The translations under genes and the position numbers were made by a program. DNA of 64,000 bases from Eledone cirrhosa (lineage: Eukaryota), in assembly GCA_964016885.1 (NCBI GenBank), contig OZ024741.1, forward strand, positions 76,198,001 through 76,262,000, read 5' to 3'. Below the pieces are notes generated by a model. The model was given only the letters and a program-made list of their open reading frames with translations, did no database searches and was not told the DNA's origin. This document shows positions 34,750-48,200 of this stretch, piece after piece; the first letter of the stretch is position 1; each line of letters opens with the position of its first letter.

Positions 34750-37622
34750 GATATCTTTCTTTGTTTGCCACAGGGGCGTACAACAATCGGACATTACAAG
34801 ATGTGACGGCGGGGGTTTTTACATAAAAATAACTTTAACATTAATAAATAACAATAAACTATATATAAGATAGATAGATAACTTTCTTTTTATTTGCCAC
34901 CTGGGCATCAAAAAGTGGGACAAGTACAATGGGGGGAGTTTACATAAAAAGGCGTCCTCAATAAGGAGGAGGCAATAACAAGATATAAAAATAAAATAAA
35001 ATATAACAAAAATAAATTTAAAAACAAAATCCTCAATAGGGAGGAGGCGCCTTGGGGGGTCGCACACACACCCGAAAAAAAGTGTGCAACCCTTCTCCTC
35101 AGGAGCACAGAGAGGGGGTGCTCTCTTCATCTTACATCTTCCTCACCTATAGTCTGATGTAGAGTGAAGGCCCATTCACACGGGCCATTCTCGCCACTTT
35201 CACCCAGCTTTCATAAAAACGGCTGGGGTGCAGCACCTCTCTCCATCCTGATCCTTCTTCCGAAATGATAACGGAAGAAACGGACCAGTTGTTGGCCAGA
35301 GAGAAAGGTGTCTGACCTCAGTTCTTTCAGATGCGTCCACCATACAACCTCTTTCACAATGGCTATTACGCACAGAAACACTGCTTCTCCTTCGTTTTTG
35401 AAGAGGGGAGGTGGCTTGATCGTTACAATAGACTCGGTGGTCAACCGGATCGGTCCCACCCTTGACAGCAGTTGTTTAACATAGCCCCACAGATCGGCAA
35501 TGCCCGAGCAGTGTACCAAAGCATGTGCAATGGTTTCCTCGTCGCACACGCATCTGGGACAGATCTTTTTCAAGGGGTCCCTACCCGGGCACCCGTGTCT
35601 GTAGAGCCTTTCTCGAACGGGCAGAGCCCCTCGGTAGCACTGCCAGGCCAGGGACCTCTGGAAGTTATCCATGGGTCCCGGGCTGAATGTCCTACCAAAC
35701 AGGTTGGCCAGCTCGTCTTCCTCCATGCCTACGGCTTCTCCGAGGGCGTCGTCGCACCTGCTAACCACCAGCCCTCTATAGAATGACGAGGTGGATTCTC
35801 CACTGACAGCCGGGTCCGCCTGCCAGAGAGCCGTGAGCGCCTGGGCACACTCGGTGTGCCAGGCGCCCACTTTTCTCGGTCTTTGCTTGACCCAGGATTG
35901 CAGCTCGGTGAGCGAAACGAGTCTGGGAAAGGCTCGCCTCACAAATGGGGCCCACACCGGTTGACCGGTGAGGAATACCTGGAGGTGCCGTAGCCTTAAT
36001 GCGTGTTTACGTATCATTAGCCACGGCATCCCCAGCCTTCCTTTTGAAGGGTGTTGACAGCAGATGGATCTCCTCACCAAAGGAATTGGAAGAGTGCGCG
36101 CTCCATTTTGGCAAGCGTTTCCCTTGAGCAAGGCACAACGGTCAGGCGGTAGAAGATGGCGGATGCTATATAAGTGTTCGCCACCTCCGCCCGACCTTTC
36201 AGGGACAGTTTGCACTCGGCCCACTTCTGGGTCAGTGCAAACACCCTGTTCGTTACCTCACCCTAGTTCTTCTCCATCTGGAGGTCTGGTCCGAACCAGA
36301 CCCCGAGCAACTTCACTGGGCCCTACGTCCAGCGCCCGACGATGCCATCGGAGGGCATCGATCTGCCCCTCCACGTGCCGAGTTGCAGACCGATCGACCT
36401 GTCCCGGTTCAGCTTAGCACCTGTAAACCTTTCGTACTCCTCCAGTAAGGTGCCGATCGCCCCGATTTCCAAGGCCGTCGACACCATTACTGTTACGTCA
36501 TCGGCGTAGGCCGACACCGCTTTCCGCAATCCCGGTTCCAACGGGATGCCCTGCAACAACTCCAACTTCCGCAGCAGTGGCTCTAGAGTCATTACATACA
36601 GAAGGGAGGAGAGAGGGCACCCTTGTTGGATGGACCGAGCGATTTCGAACGGCTCCGAGAGGTAGACGTTCACCGTGACCCTAGAGCAGATGCGGCTGCT
36701 GTGCATGGCATTGATCCAGCCCCTGAAAACGGGTCCGAAGCCTGCCGCTGCTAGGACCGCATCCAGGTAACCATGGTCGACCCTATCGAATGCCTTAGAT
36801 TGATCCAAGTTGATCAGGGACCCTGGAGATCGAAGATGGGAGAACAAGTCCGGCATAGCTAGATATAGTTAGTATGGAAGACCATCGAGACCCGGGGATT
36901 TGCGTTTGCCGCATTGGCTCAGCACGTCCTCTATCTCAGCGGCTGAAATCGGCTCCTCACAGGACTTCGCCTCCCTGTCCAAGAGACGCGGCAGGCTGTC
37001 GAGGTATGGACCGAAGTCCACTTCCCCAACTGGCTCCCCGCCCCTGCCGAACAATCTGGCAAAGTGCTTTTGAAAAGCCTTGCACGTCTGCTTAGGTTCA
37101 AGGATCACCCGTCCATCCTGGTCTCGCAAAGACCGGATAGTGGATCTACTCCCTCTTTTGGCTTCTGTCACGCGGGCCCAGCTAACAGCTTTGGTCCCCT
37201 CATTTCCCAGAGCACGTATTTTGCTTCGGACGATGCAACCTTCGTGTTTCGCGTCGAAGAACTGGCCCAGGGCCGTTCTCGACGCTAGCACTCTGGCCAC
37301 GTCGCTGCTTCTAATTGCCTCTTCTACACTATCTACCAACTCCCTTTCCTTCCTATTTCTATTTGAGGCTAACTCCTTACTAAATTCTATAGAGACTACT
37401 CTAATCTCTCTTTTGAGAGATCCCCACCACCTGCTGTTGACGATGGCGCCCGTCAACCACTCCTTAACTAAAGTGCTAATCCGGTCCCTGTAAGCCTTAC
37501 TTGCCGGTAAGGACAAGTTGAGCTTCCAGTAACCGGGTCCCTGTCTATGCGTTCTGTCAAGGTTGACCATGCAGGTCACTAACTTGTGGTCTGAATAGCC
37601 AACCATGCGCATTTTTGGACAA
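34750..37622 (-). mobile_element. 5'-truncated Tx1/L1-clade LINE, frameshifted ORF2
   Basis: SDHK...GPGYWKLN, KSPGLDGLP, LDQSKAFDRVDH, QGCPLS, AYADDV and a C-terminal CxxC...HxxxxC knuckle in ORFs 36869-37612, 36323-36856, 35211-36224. Confidence 0.9.
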
Positions 37623-38620
37623 CTTAAAACAACTTATATATAAGACAATTTATATATAAGATAGATAGATAGATGTGTGTTTATGGATCAGTTGAAATTA
37701 TAAAAATTGAATAAGCTTTCATGCACTTATAATTATATATAAGGAATAGTTATCCATATAAATTATTCAATTATTTGATGAGGATATATGCATATATATA
37801 CACATACATACATCCACACAAGGACACAGACACATACATATGCACATATGGACACAGTACATACCTCCAATTATAAGAAAAGTACATGTAGTAATTCAGT
37901 ATTGTTTGTCTAGCTTTCTATATGATTGTTTGTATTTATACTTTTAAAAGGAAAATAATCACATGTACATACATGTAACACGGTGTGTGTATATATGCAT
38001 ATTTACATATATGTAATATATATTACATTATGGACATACACACAATGATATGTTATACCTGTTCTAAACCTGGATACGTACAGCTAAATATATATTTTTT
38101 CTCTGTATGGGTTAGATGTGCTGTCACATTATGTGCTCATACAATCCTTTTTTGCCTTGGTTCTCTATAGTTAGATGCCCTATGAATGTTTGTGTGCATG
38201 TGTGTGTATATACATATCTATATTCATAAAGCTGACGGCCGTATGTATGTAACAAACTTTTCGCCAAACGGCTGGATCAAACGGCACCAAATTTGCACCT
38301 TTTTCCAAGTAAGAAAGTGAGGGTATTTTTGTCTACTAAATTTCATTAAAAGATTAAAGATATTTTATTGTTTATTTAAATATTCACTTCTTTAAAATTT
38401 TCAAATGTCAACACTTCTGGCTAGCGATCACTTATATGACTTTCCTCCCTCTTTCTTAGTCTGTCTTTTTAGATAGATACATAGTTATAACATCACACCC
38501 TTATATGTCTCTGTATGCCTGGCTGTCTGCATTATGAAAACCATTCTGTATATTGACTTCGCTATCTGTGTGTGAGTGTATATATGTATATATATATAGT
38601 GTGTGTGTATATATATATAT

Positions 38621-38661
<41 letters not shown>

Positions 38662-39261
38662 TGTGTGTGTGTGTGTGTATTTATATATATATATATATAT
38701 ATATGTTAAAACAATGAAATAAAAAATGAAGTTAAAGTTATTTCATTGTTTTAACTTATATCATGACTTATTTTTCCTTTTATTGTTGAATTGTTTTCCG
38801 GGATTTATCTTAACCTACAACATTTTCAACATATGGATTACATCGAGTTCTTCATACAGAATAGACCCCACAACTTACTGTGGATAACTCTGTTTATGTA
38901 TATATATATATATAGTGTTAGTATCATAAATAAGAGTTTAAATTGTACATTTTATTACAGCATTCCTTTATACGTATATATATATACATACATAAACATG
39001 TTATATACAGTTGTATAAAAAAGAAGTATAATTGTTTCTACTTTTGACACAAGGCCAGCATTATCCCAGTACATTACTGGTACTTTATTATATATAATAT
39101 ATATAATACAACATTCCTCTCTCTTCCTTATGCTGTCTTTTTAGATAGATACATAGCCTTAACGTTGCGCCCTTATAATATCTCTGTCTGCATGTCTGCA
39201 TTGGCTTTGCTTCTAACCAACTTTTAATTAATTATATATATATAATTATATATTCGTGTAC

Positions 39262-39426
39262 ATATTTTCAATAGTAATACTGTACTATATCTTTTCAACA
39301 GTAATACTGTACTACATATTTTCAACAGTAACAGTAATACTATACTATATATTTTCAACAGTAATTCTATACTATATATTTTCAACAGTAATTCTATACT
39401 GTACTATATATTTTCAACAGTAATAC
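39262..39426. repeat. 26-bp minisatellite, left part
   Basis: ATATTTTCAACAGTAATACTATACT units. Confidence 0.9.
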
Positions 39427-41943
39427 AGATATTTTACTCAACGCCTACGACAGTAAAGAAGAACAGATAGAGACATTTAACGTAGAAGAGAACTGGGAGT
39501 TCCTAAAAAATAATTTACTAGAGGCGACGGATGAGGTCTGTGGCTGGAGTAAGACCTCAAGCAGAAGGAGAGTGACTTGGTGGTGGAACAATAAGGTAGA
39601 TGAAGCAGTTAAGGCCAAGAGACAGGCATGAAAAGAATGGAAGAACGGGGGGAGCAGGGTACATTACATAGAGACCAAGAGGGAAGCTAGGCGACAAGTA
39701 TACTTAGCTAGGAGGGAAGCAGAGGATAGAAAATTCAAGCATGTTTTACAACGTGGGGACCAGAAACAGGAGGTATTCAAGATTGCGAGGCAGTGTGTCA
39801 GAGATAGTTGTGATGTCATTGGAGAGAAGTGTATCCGGAATGATAAAGGTGAGCTTGCCCTCACAAGTGCTGAGAAGAAAGGTGCATGGAAGAGTCATTA
39901 TGATAGATTACTAAATGAGGAGAATGCATGGGAAGAAGAGACCCTACCCCAAGTAGACCCTATAGAGGGACCAGCAGTACAAGTCAGCAGCAGCGTAGTA
40001 AGTAAGGCAATCAAAGATATGAAGATGGGGAAGGCAACCGGTCCATCGGGTATAGCTGCCGAGATGCTGAAGGCATCTGGGTCTGTAGGTCACACTATAA
40101 CCACACGTATCGTTAACCAGGTAATACTAGAGGGGGCCATACGAAAAGATTGGTGCAGTAGCATCATTGTCAACTGCTACAAAGGTAAAGGCGATGCACT
40201 AGATAGAGGAAACTATAGAGGTATAAAGTTGATGGACCAGGTCATGAAAGTAACAGAAAGAGTTATAGCACAGCTGATTAGGGACCGGGTGAAAATAGAC
40301 GAGATGCAATTTGGGTTTGTACCAGGAAGAGGCACCACTGATGCCCTCTTCCTTGTGAGGCAATTACAGGAAAAGTACCTAGCTAAAAGTAAGCCACTCT
40401 ACTTGGCATTTGTCGACCTTGAGAAAGCCTTTGACAGAGTTCTACGTGTTGTAATCTGGTGGGCTCTTAGAAAACTAGGAGTAGATGAATGGCTTGTGAA
40501 AGCGGTACAAGCCATGTATAGGGGAGCAGTCAGCAAAGTTAGGATTAGCAATGAGTATAGCGAGGAATTTAGCGTACAGGTTGGGGTCCACCAGGGCTCT
40601 GTTCTTAGCCCTCTCCTGTTCATCATAGTCCTGCAGGCAATAACGGAGGAGTTTAAGACCGGATGCCCATGGGAACTCCTGTATGCTGATGACCTTGCAC
40701 TCATAGCTGAATCTATGGTAGAACTAGAGAATAAATTCCAAACCTGGAAGCAGGGACTAGAAAGAAAGGGTCTCAAAGTCAACCTGACAAAGACTAAGGT
40801 CCTTGTAAGTAGACGAGAAAACAGAACCTAGATCCCCTCAGGGAAATGGCCTTGCTCAGTATGTAGGAAAGGTGTAGGTAGGAACTCCATTCTCTGCCCC
40901 AAATGCAAACAATGGGTACACAAGAGATGTAGCGGGATCTCAGGAAGCTTAATTAAGAATGTAGGATTCACATGCAGCAGCTGTGCTGAAACAGCAAGCA
41001 GCAAACAGCCACAGGAAACAAGTACCACCAATCTCTGGAAGGGCCCTGTAGAAACAGTAGACAGCTTCTGCTACCTAGGTGACCGAATTAGCAACGGAGG
41101 TGGGTGTTCAGAAAGTACAATAACTAGGGTAAGAACGGGATGGAAGAAGTTTAGGGAACTACTACCACTGCTAGCTGCAAAAGGCTTCTCCCTCAGAATG
41201 AAAGGCAGACTGTATGATGCGTGTATCCGAACAGCGATGTTGCATGGTAGTGAGACCTGGGTGCTGAAGGTGGAAGACTTACGTAGATTAGAGAGAAACG
41301 AAGCCTGCATGCTCCGATGGATGTGTAACAGTAATATACGTGAACGACAAAGCATAAATGAATTGAGAGAGAGACTGAGCATAAGAGGTATCAAATGCTG
41401 CGTGCAGGAGAGGCGGTTGCGCTGGTATGGACATGTGATGCGTATGAAGGATGACAGCTGCATAAAAAGGTGCAGAGCACTAGAAGTTGATGGAAACCGC
41501 GGAGTGGGGAGACCCAAGATGACCTGGGATGAGGTGATAAAAGCCGACCATACCCAATTACACCTCTCAAAGACAATAACACACGACCGTGACTTCTGGC
41601 GTCACGCAGTAATACAGAGTACCCGACCTCCCATGGGTACATGCTGAAGTATATAAACAATATGCCCCCCCCCCCCCCCCACCGCAAGGTGGTCGTGGAG
41701 GTGCCACGGCAAAAAAGCACCCAGCCCACACTGTAAAGTGGACATGTAGGCGCCACGAAAAAGCACCCAGCACTCACTGTAAATGAGGTTGGTGTTAGGA
41801 AGGGCATCCAGCTGTAGAAATCAAGCCAGATCAGTTCCTGTATGAGCAAGGCATGGTCAGCCGACCAGACACTGCACACAACAGGACAACCCGTCTAACC
41901 CATGCTAGCGTGGAAGAACGGACGTAAAACGGTGATGATGATG
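39427..41943 (+). mobile_element. 5'-truncated RTE LINE (subfamily A) with nonsense mutations, inserted in a minisatellite
   Basis: Near-identical to 46990-49510; TGG>TGA at ~39629 and CAG>TAG at 40829; (GAT)n tail. Confidence 0.95.
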
Positions 41944-42802
41944 AATACTATACTATATATTTTCAACAGTAATACTGTACTATATATTTTCAACAGTAAT
42001 ACTATACTATATATTTTCAACTGTAATACTATATTTTCAACAGTGATACCCTACTATACTATATATTTTCAACAGTAATTCTATACTATATATTTTCAAC
42101 AGTAATACTGTACTATATATTTTCAACAGTAATACTATACTATATATTTTCAACATTAATACTGTACTATATATTTTCAACAGTAATACTATACTATATA
42201 TTTTCAACAGTGATACTATACTATACATTTTCAACAGTAATACTATACAATATATTTTCAACAGTAATACTGTACTATATATTTTCAACAGTAATACTAT
42301 ATATTTTCAACTGTAATACTATATTATATTTTCAACAGTGATACCCTACTATACTATATATTTTCAACAGTAATAATATACTATATATTTTCAACAGTAA
42401 TACTATACTATACTATATATTTTCAACAGTAATACTATACAATATATTTTCAACAGTAATACTGTACTATATATTTTCAACTGTAATACTATACTTTATT
42501 TTCAACAGTGATACCCTACTATACTATATATTTTCAACAGTAATACTATACTATATATTTTCAACAGTAATACTATACTATATATTTCCAACAGTAATAC
42601 TGTACTTTATATTTTCAACAGTAATACTATACTATATATTTTCAACAGTAATACTATATATTTTCAGCAGTAATACTATACTATATATTTTCAACAGTAA
42701 TACTATACTATATATTTTCAACAGTAATACTATACTATACTATATGTTTTCAACAGTCATACTATAATATACTATATATTTTAAACAGTAATACTATACT
42801 AC
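41944..42802. repeat. 26-bp minisatellite, right part (~32 units)
   Basis: Same unit as 39262-39426. Confidence 0.93.
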
Positions 42803-42974
42803 ACAGACGGCTTATCGTCTGTTTATCCAAGCGAAGCTAGGTACGTCAGCTATATATATGGATGCCGTAGAACACGCCAATAGTAGCCGGGCACCAGCTA
42901 GTATTATATATATAGTTATATTTGGGGGAGTGTCATATTGTTATGATATTGCCAGAAATGATAATGGTTTCTAC

Positions 42975-43182
42975 TATAGGCATAAGGCCAGCAATTTTGG
43001 GGGCGGGGAAAGTCGATTAAATCGACCCCAGTGCATGACTGGTACTTTATTTTATCGACCACCGTAAGGATGAAAGGCAGAGTTAACCTTGGCGGGATTT
43101 GAACTCAAACCGTAAAGGGCCGTAACTTTATGCAGCAAAGCACGCCATCCAACCCTCTACCAATTCTGCCAATCCACTGCCC
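42975..43182 (-). mobile_element. tRNA-derived SINE
   Basis: Minus strand has GAGTTCAAATCCC B box, then GCCTTTCATCCTTAC..GTCGATAAAATAAAGTACCAG, a central domain of mollusc SINE type. Confidence 0.7.
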
Positions 43183-44269
43183 TATTTGCCAGAAATAATA
43201 ATAAAACACACTCACTGTTTGGTTTGGATTGGTTTTCGCTTCTGTATATTTTATATCCCTATAGTTATTTTAGTTGGCAACCAATGTTTTTCATTGATTG
43301 AGCAACAGTTAAAAATATAGATTTAATTATATATATAAAGCCTATCAAAGTTCTTTCATCACACACCTGTGACATCATCAGTGGTACTATTATGTTTCCT
43401 CACATTGTATTGTAATATATATTCCATTTTTATTTTTATTTATTTATTTATTTATTTATTCTTGTCTCTGTTTGTGCATGTGTTTGTGCGTGTGTCTTCT
43501 ATTTGATGTGTTTGTATTCTATCTTTGTTCACTAGTGTGTGTTTATGTGTGGTTGTTGTTATTGTACCTGTGTATATTTATTTATATTTATCTTAGGTCA
43601 GTATTGTGTGTTTGTGTATGGTTGTTGTTATTCTATTCATTTTTTCTTTTCAACTTTGGTTTTCTTAGTTCTATTTCAGTTCCTTCTCTGATTTGTCTAC
43701 CTGTTGAGTCATTTCTATGTTTAGATATTATTTTAATTTCTATGTTGTCTATATTACTAACATGTCTTTGTCTGGCATGTTCATATAGTACTGAACTGTC
43801 TTTTTGTCCTTTTATTTCACCCCAGTGCTGGACTATTCTCTCTCCCCATATGTTTATATATAGATTTAAAAGAGTTGAAGTCAATGTTGCAGCATATGTA
43901 GAAACTTTATTTGCATATTACAATTGTTTTGATAGCTATATGTAACAGTGTGTGGGTGTCATCATCATCATTTTACGTCCGCTTTTTCCTGCTTGCAAGG
44001 GTGGGACGGGTCCTATTCAGCACAACATCTCTCCACTTGTCACGGTCCTTCGTCATGTCCTCCGTGAGCTTCCGTGATCTGAGGTCTGCTCTCACCACCT
44101 CCGCCCATATACAATATATTTTATTATGGAATTGTGGACTTGTTACACCTGTTCTAAACCCGGATGCATACAGCTATATATATATATATTTATATATATC
44201 TGGTGTTATGCAGTCACACAGAAAAACCATGTGTACAGGTTGAAGCATACATTTTGTATGTACCACCTT

Positions 44270-44680
44270 TCCCTACCTTCCCCTCTCTCCCACTTCAATA
44301 CACCTCCCATGTCCTAACACTCCATGCATGTCCTAACAACCCACCCTTCACTAGATAAGTCCCCACCCTACTCCAGATTTACCTCTCCAATCTCTAAGCA
44401 CATACCCCACCCCATCCACACTGTAGAGTGGTCGTTTTGGTGCCATGACAAAAAGCACCCAGCGCACACTGTAATGTGGTTGTTTTGGTGCCACGATAAA
44501 AAGTACCCATTACACACTGTAAACATGGTTGACATTAGGAAGGCATCCAGCCATAGAAACCAAGCCAAAAGCAGTTCTGTATAAGCAAGATTCAGTCTTC
44601 CGATCTGGCTTGTCTCACAACGGGAAAACTCATCTAACCTATGCTAGCATGGAAAAAATGGACATTGAATGATGATGAAA
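44270..44680 (+). mobile_element. Diverged RTE 3' UTR fragment
   Basis: AAAAAGCACCCAG and AGGAAGGCATCCAGC motifs plus GATGATGA tail shared with the RTE 3' UTRs. Confidence 0.65.
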
Positions 44681-44716
44681 AAGATATATATAGATGTATA
44701 TGTATATAGATGTGTC

Positions 44717-44751
<35 letters not shown>

Positions 44752-44788
44752 CATCATCATGATCGTTTAACGTCTATCTTCCATGCTA

Positions 44789-44826
<38 letters not shown>

Positions 44827-44827
44827 G

Positions 44828-44879
<52 letters not shown>

Positions 44880-44890
<11 letters not shown>

Positions 44891-45265
44891 GTGTGTGTAT
44901 ATATATATATATATATCTATATGTGTGTGTGTATGTATACATATATAAATGTATATATATATATCTATATGTGTGTGTGTATGTATACATATATAAATGT
45001 ATATATATATATATATATATGTGTGTGTATGTATACATATATAAATGTATATATATATATATATGTGTGTGTATGTATACATATATAAATGTATATATAT
45101 ATATATATGTGTGTGTATGTATACATATATAAATGTATATATGTATACATATATAAATGTATATATATATATGTATGTGTATGTATATATGTATACATAT
45201 ATAAATGTATATATATGTATGTGTATGTATATATGTATACATATATAAATGTATATATATATATA
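44880..45265. repeat. Compound micro/minisatellite, continued at 49511-49800
   Basis: GTATACATATATAAATGTATATA units on both sides of the RTE insertion. Confidence 0.85.
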
Positions 45266-48200
45266 CATTATGATTATGATGTTCCCTGCTGTATTAGCGT
45301 TAAATTTTCCCTGCTGTATTAGCGATAAATTTTCGAGGGTTTCTCTTAGTAGTTTTTTTCATGACGTTATTATTGTTAATTTTACTGATGTAGTATTAAC
45401 TTATTAACTTGGATATTTACCATGCGGTATTCTAATCCTATTGTATCTCTCTCAGTTATTTACCATGCGACCCTCAGTTCCTACCCCCCCCCCTCTCTAT
45501 GCACTTCTTTAAGGCTTACTACCCTGTCTTTAACCTAATTCATTCAATCTGAAAATATTGAAGAGATAAGACACTTTCCCATTCTTCTCTGCTAAAATGT
45601 ATCACTAGAGCTGATTCCAATTTTCCCAGCCAGCCATCCATCTAATCTACGAAGGTATTTTAGCCTACATATTGTCGTTAATATTATGATGTTCCCTGCT
45701 GTATTAGCGTTAAATTTTCCCTGCTGTATTAGCGATAAATTTTCGAGGGTTTCTCTTAGTAGTTTTTTTCATGACGTTATTATTGTTAATTTTACTGATG
45801 TAGTATTAACTTGGATATTTACCATGCGACCCTCAGTTCCTACCTCACAATTTCCCTCCCCCCCACCCCCACACACCACCATAGTCTATTCGACCAATCA
45901 AACCTAGCATGCCATTTCCACTGCTGCTGCTGCTACTACCTGCCTAACTAACTCTCTCCTCCTCTGGCGCATCCCAACACACCCTGCCATTACCCCACCA
46001 CCACTGTCCTTCTAGCCCTCAATTTTCCCACCGTTATGGATGGATGAGCTGGGAATACACGAGCAACTCTGAATCAATAGATGAAATATGAATCTGCGAG
46101 CTACCAAGCACCCACGTGAAGCGCCAACCCAGAGACCCTCCCCTACGAGTGTCGACAAATGCCCAAAACTCCGAGTTGGTACCATCAATGTAGGCTCAAT
46201 GAAAGGAAGAGCAGGAGAAATCGTAGAAATGCTAGAGCGAAAGGAAGTTGATGTATGCTGTGTGCAAGAGACTAGATGGAGAGGAGGGTCTGCTAGAGTC
46301 CTTGTAGGAAAAAGCCAGTGCTACAAATTTTTCTGGGTGGGAAATGACGATGGGATGGGTGGTGTAGGTATACTATTAGCTGACAAGTGGGTAGATAAAG
46401 TAATCTCAGTGTACAGGGTAAATGCAAGAATCATTAAACTCAGACTAGTCCTGAATAAGACAATTACCACAATAATATCAGCTTACGCACCCCAATCGGG
46501 GCTGCCAGACGAACTTAAGGATAGGTTTTACGAGTCCCTAATACACACTACTGCTCTAACAGACGACAAGGACTTCCTAATCATTGCAGGAGATTTTAAC
46601 GGACACGTAGGTAAACACTGCGACGGCTTCAATAGAGTACATGGAGGCCATGGAGTTGGCACAAGGAATGAGGAAGGATTCAGACTTCTAGAATTCTGCG
46701 ACGCCAATGACATGTCGATATGTAACACAAACTTTAAAAAACCCGACAACCACCTGATCACCTATAGATCAGGGGAGCACTCTAGTCAGTTAGATTTTAT
46801 CCTCATCAGAGGACGTGACAGATGGACGGTCGTAAACACAAAAGCCTTCCCTAGTGAGGAATGTACATCCCAACATAGCTTAGTTGTCAGCGACCTCACG
46901 GTCAGAACTAGACGAGCCCTGAAACAGAGGCCAACCTGGAGAAGAAAGATCTGGAAGCTGAAAGTCCCCTCAACCAGTAACAGATTTAAAGATATTTTAC
47001 TCAACGCCTACGACAGTAAAGAAGAACAGATAGAGACATTTAACGTAGAAGAGAACTGGGAGTTCCTAAAAAATAACTTACTAGAGGCGACGGATGAGGT
47101 TTGTGGCTGGAGTAAGACCTCAAGCAGGAGGAGAGTGACTTGGTGGTGGAACAATAAGGTAGATGAAGCAGTCAAGGCCAAGAGACAGGCATGGAAAGAA
47201 TGGAAGAACGGGGGGAGCAGGGTACATTACATAGAGACCAAGAGGGAAGCTAGGCGACAAGTATACTTAGCTAGGAGGGAAGCAGAGGATAGAAAATTCA
47301 AGCATGTTTTACAACGTGAGGACCAGAAACAGGAGGTATTCAAGATTGCGAGGCAGTGTGTCAGAGATAGTTGTGATGTCATTGGAGAGAAGTGTATCCG
47401 GAATGATAAAGGTGAGCTTGCCCTCACAAGTGCTGAGAAGAAAGATGCATGGAAGAGTCATTATGATAGATTACTAAATGAGGAGAATGCATGGGAAGAA
47501 GAGACCCTACCCCACGTAGACCCTATAGAGGGACCAGCAGTACAAGTCAGCGGCAGCGTAGTAAGTAAGGCAATCAGAGATATGAAGATAGGGAAGGCAA
47601 CCGGTCCATCGGGTATAGCTGCCGAGATGCTGAAGGCATCTGGGTCTGTAGGTCACACTATAACCACACGTATCGTTAACCAGGTAATACTAGAGGGGGC
47701 CATACCAAAAGATTGGTGCAGTAGCATCATTGTCAACTGCTACAAAGGTAAAGGCGATGCACTAGATAGAGGAAACTATAGAGGTATAAAGTTGATGGAC
47801 CAGGTCATGAAAGTAACAGAAAGAGTTATAGCACAGCTGATTAGGGACCGGGTGAATATAGACGAGATGCAATTTGGGTTTGTACCAGGGAAAGGCACCA
47901 CTGATGCGCTCTTCCTTGTGAGGCAATTACAGGAAAAGTACCTAGCTAAAAGTAAGCCACTCTACTTGGCATTTGTCGACCTTGAGAAAGCCTTTGACAG
48001 AGTTCCACGTGCAGTAATCTGGTGGGCTCTTAGAAAACTAGGAGTAGATGAATGGCTTGTGAAAGCGGTACAAGCCATGTATAGGGGAGCAGTCAGCAAA
48101 GTTAGGATTGGCAATGAGTATAGCGAGGAATTTAGCGTACAGGTTGGGGTCCACCAGGGCTCTGTTCTTAGCCCTCTCCTGTTCATCATAGTCCTGCAGG

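Larger units (their letters stand above)
38217..42901 (+). mobile_element. Probable non-autonomous Helitron with internal minisatellite and nested insertions
   Basis: Starts A|TCTATATTCATAAAGCTG and ends GCCGGGCACCAGCTAG|T (TC...CTAG in an AT site); hairpin ACAGACGG-CTTA-TCGTCTGT at ~42803-42822. Confidence 0.45.

Noticed and set aside
41944-42802. Regular short repeats resembling a CRISPR array
   Set aside because: No unique spacers, no cas genes, eukaryotic context; it is a minisatellite.
45270-46087. HDV-like ribozyme in the RTE 5' region
   Set aside because: Could not assemble the nested double pseudoknot by eye; needs a motif search.
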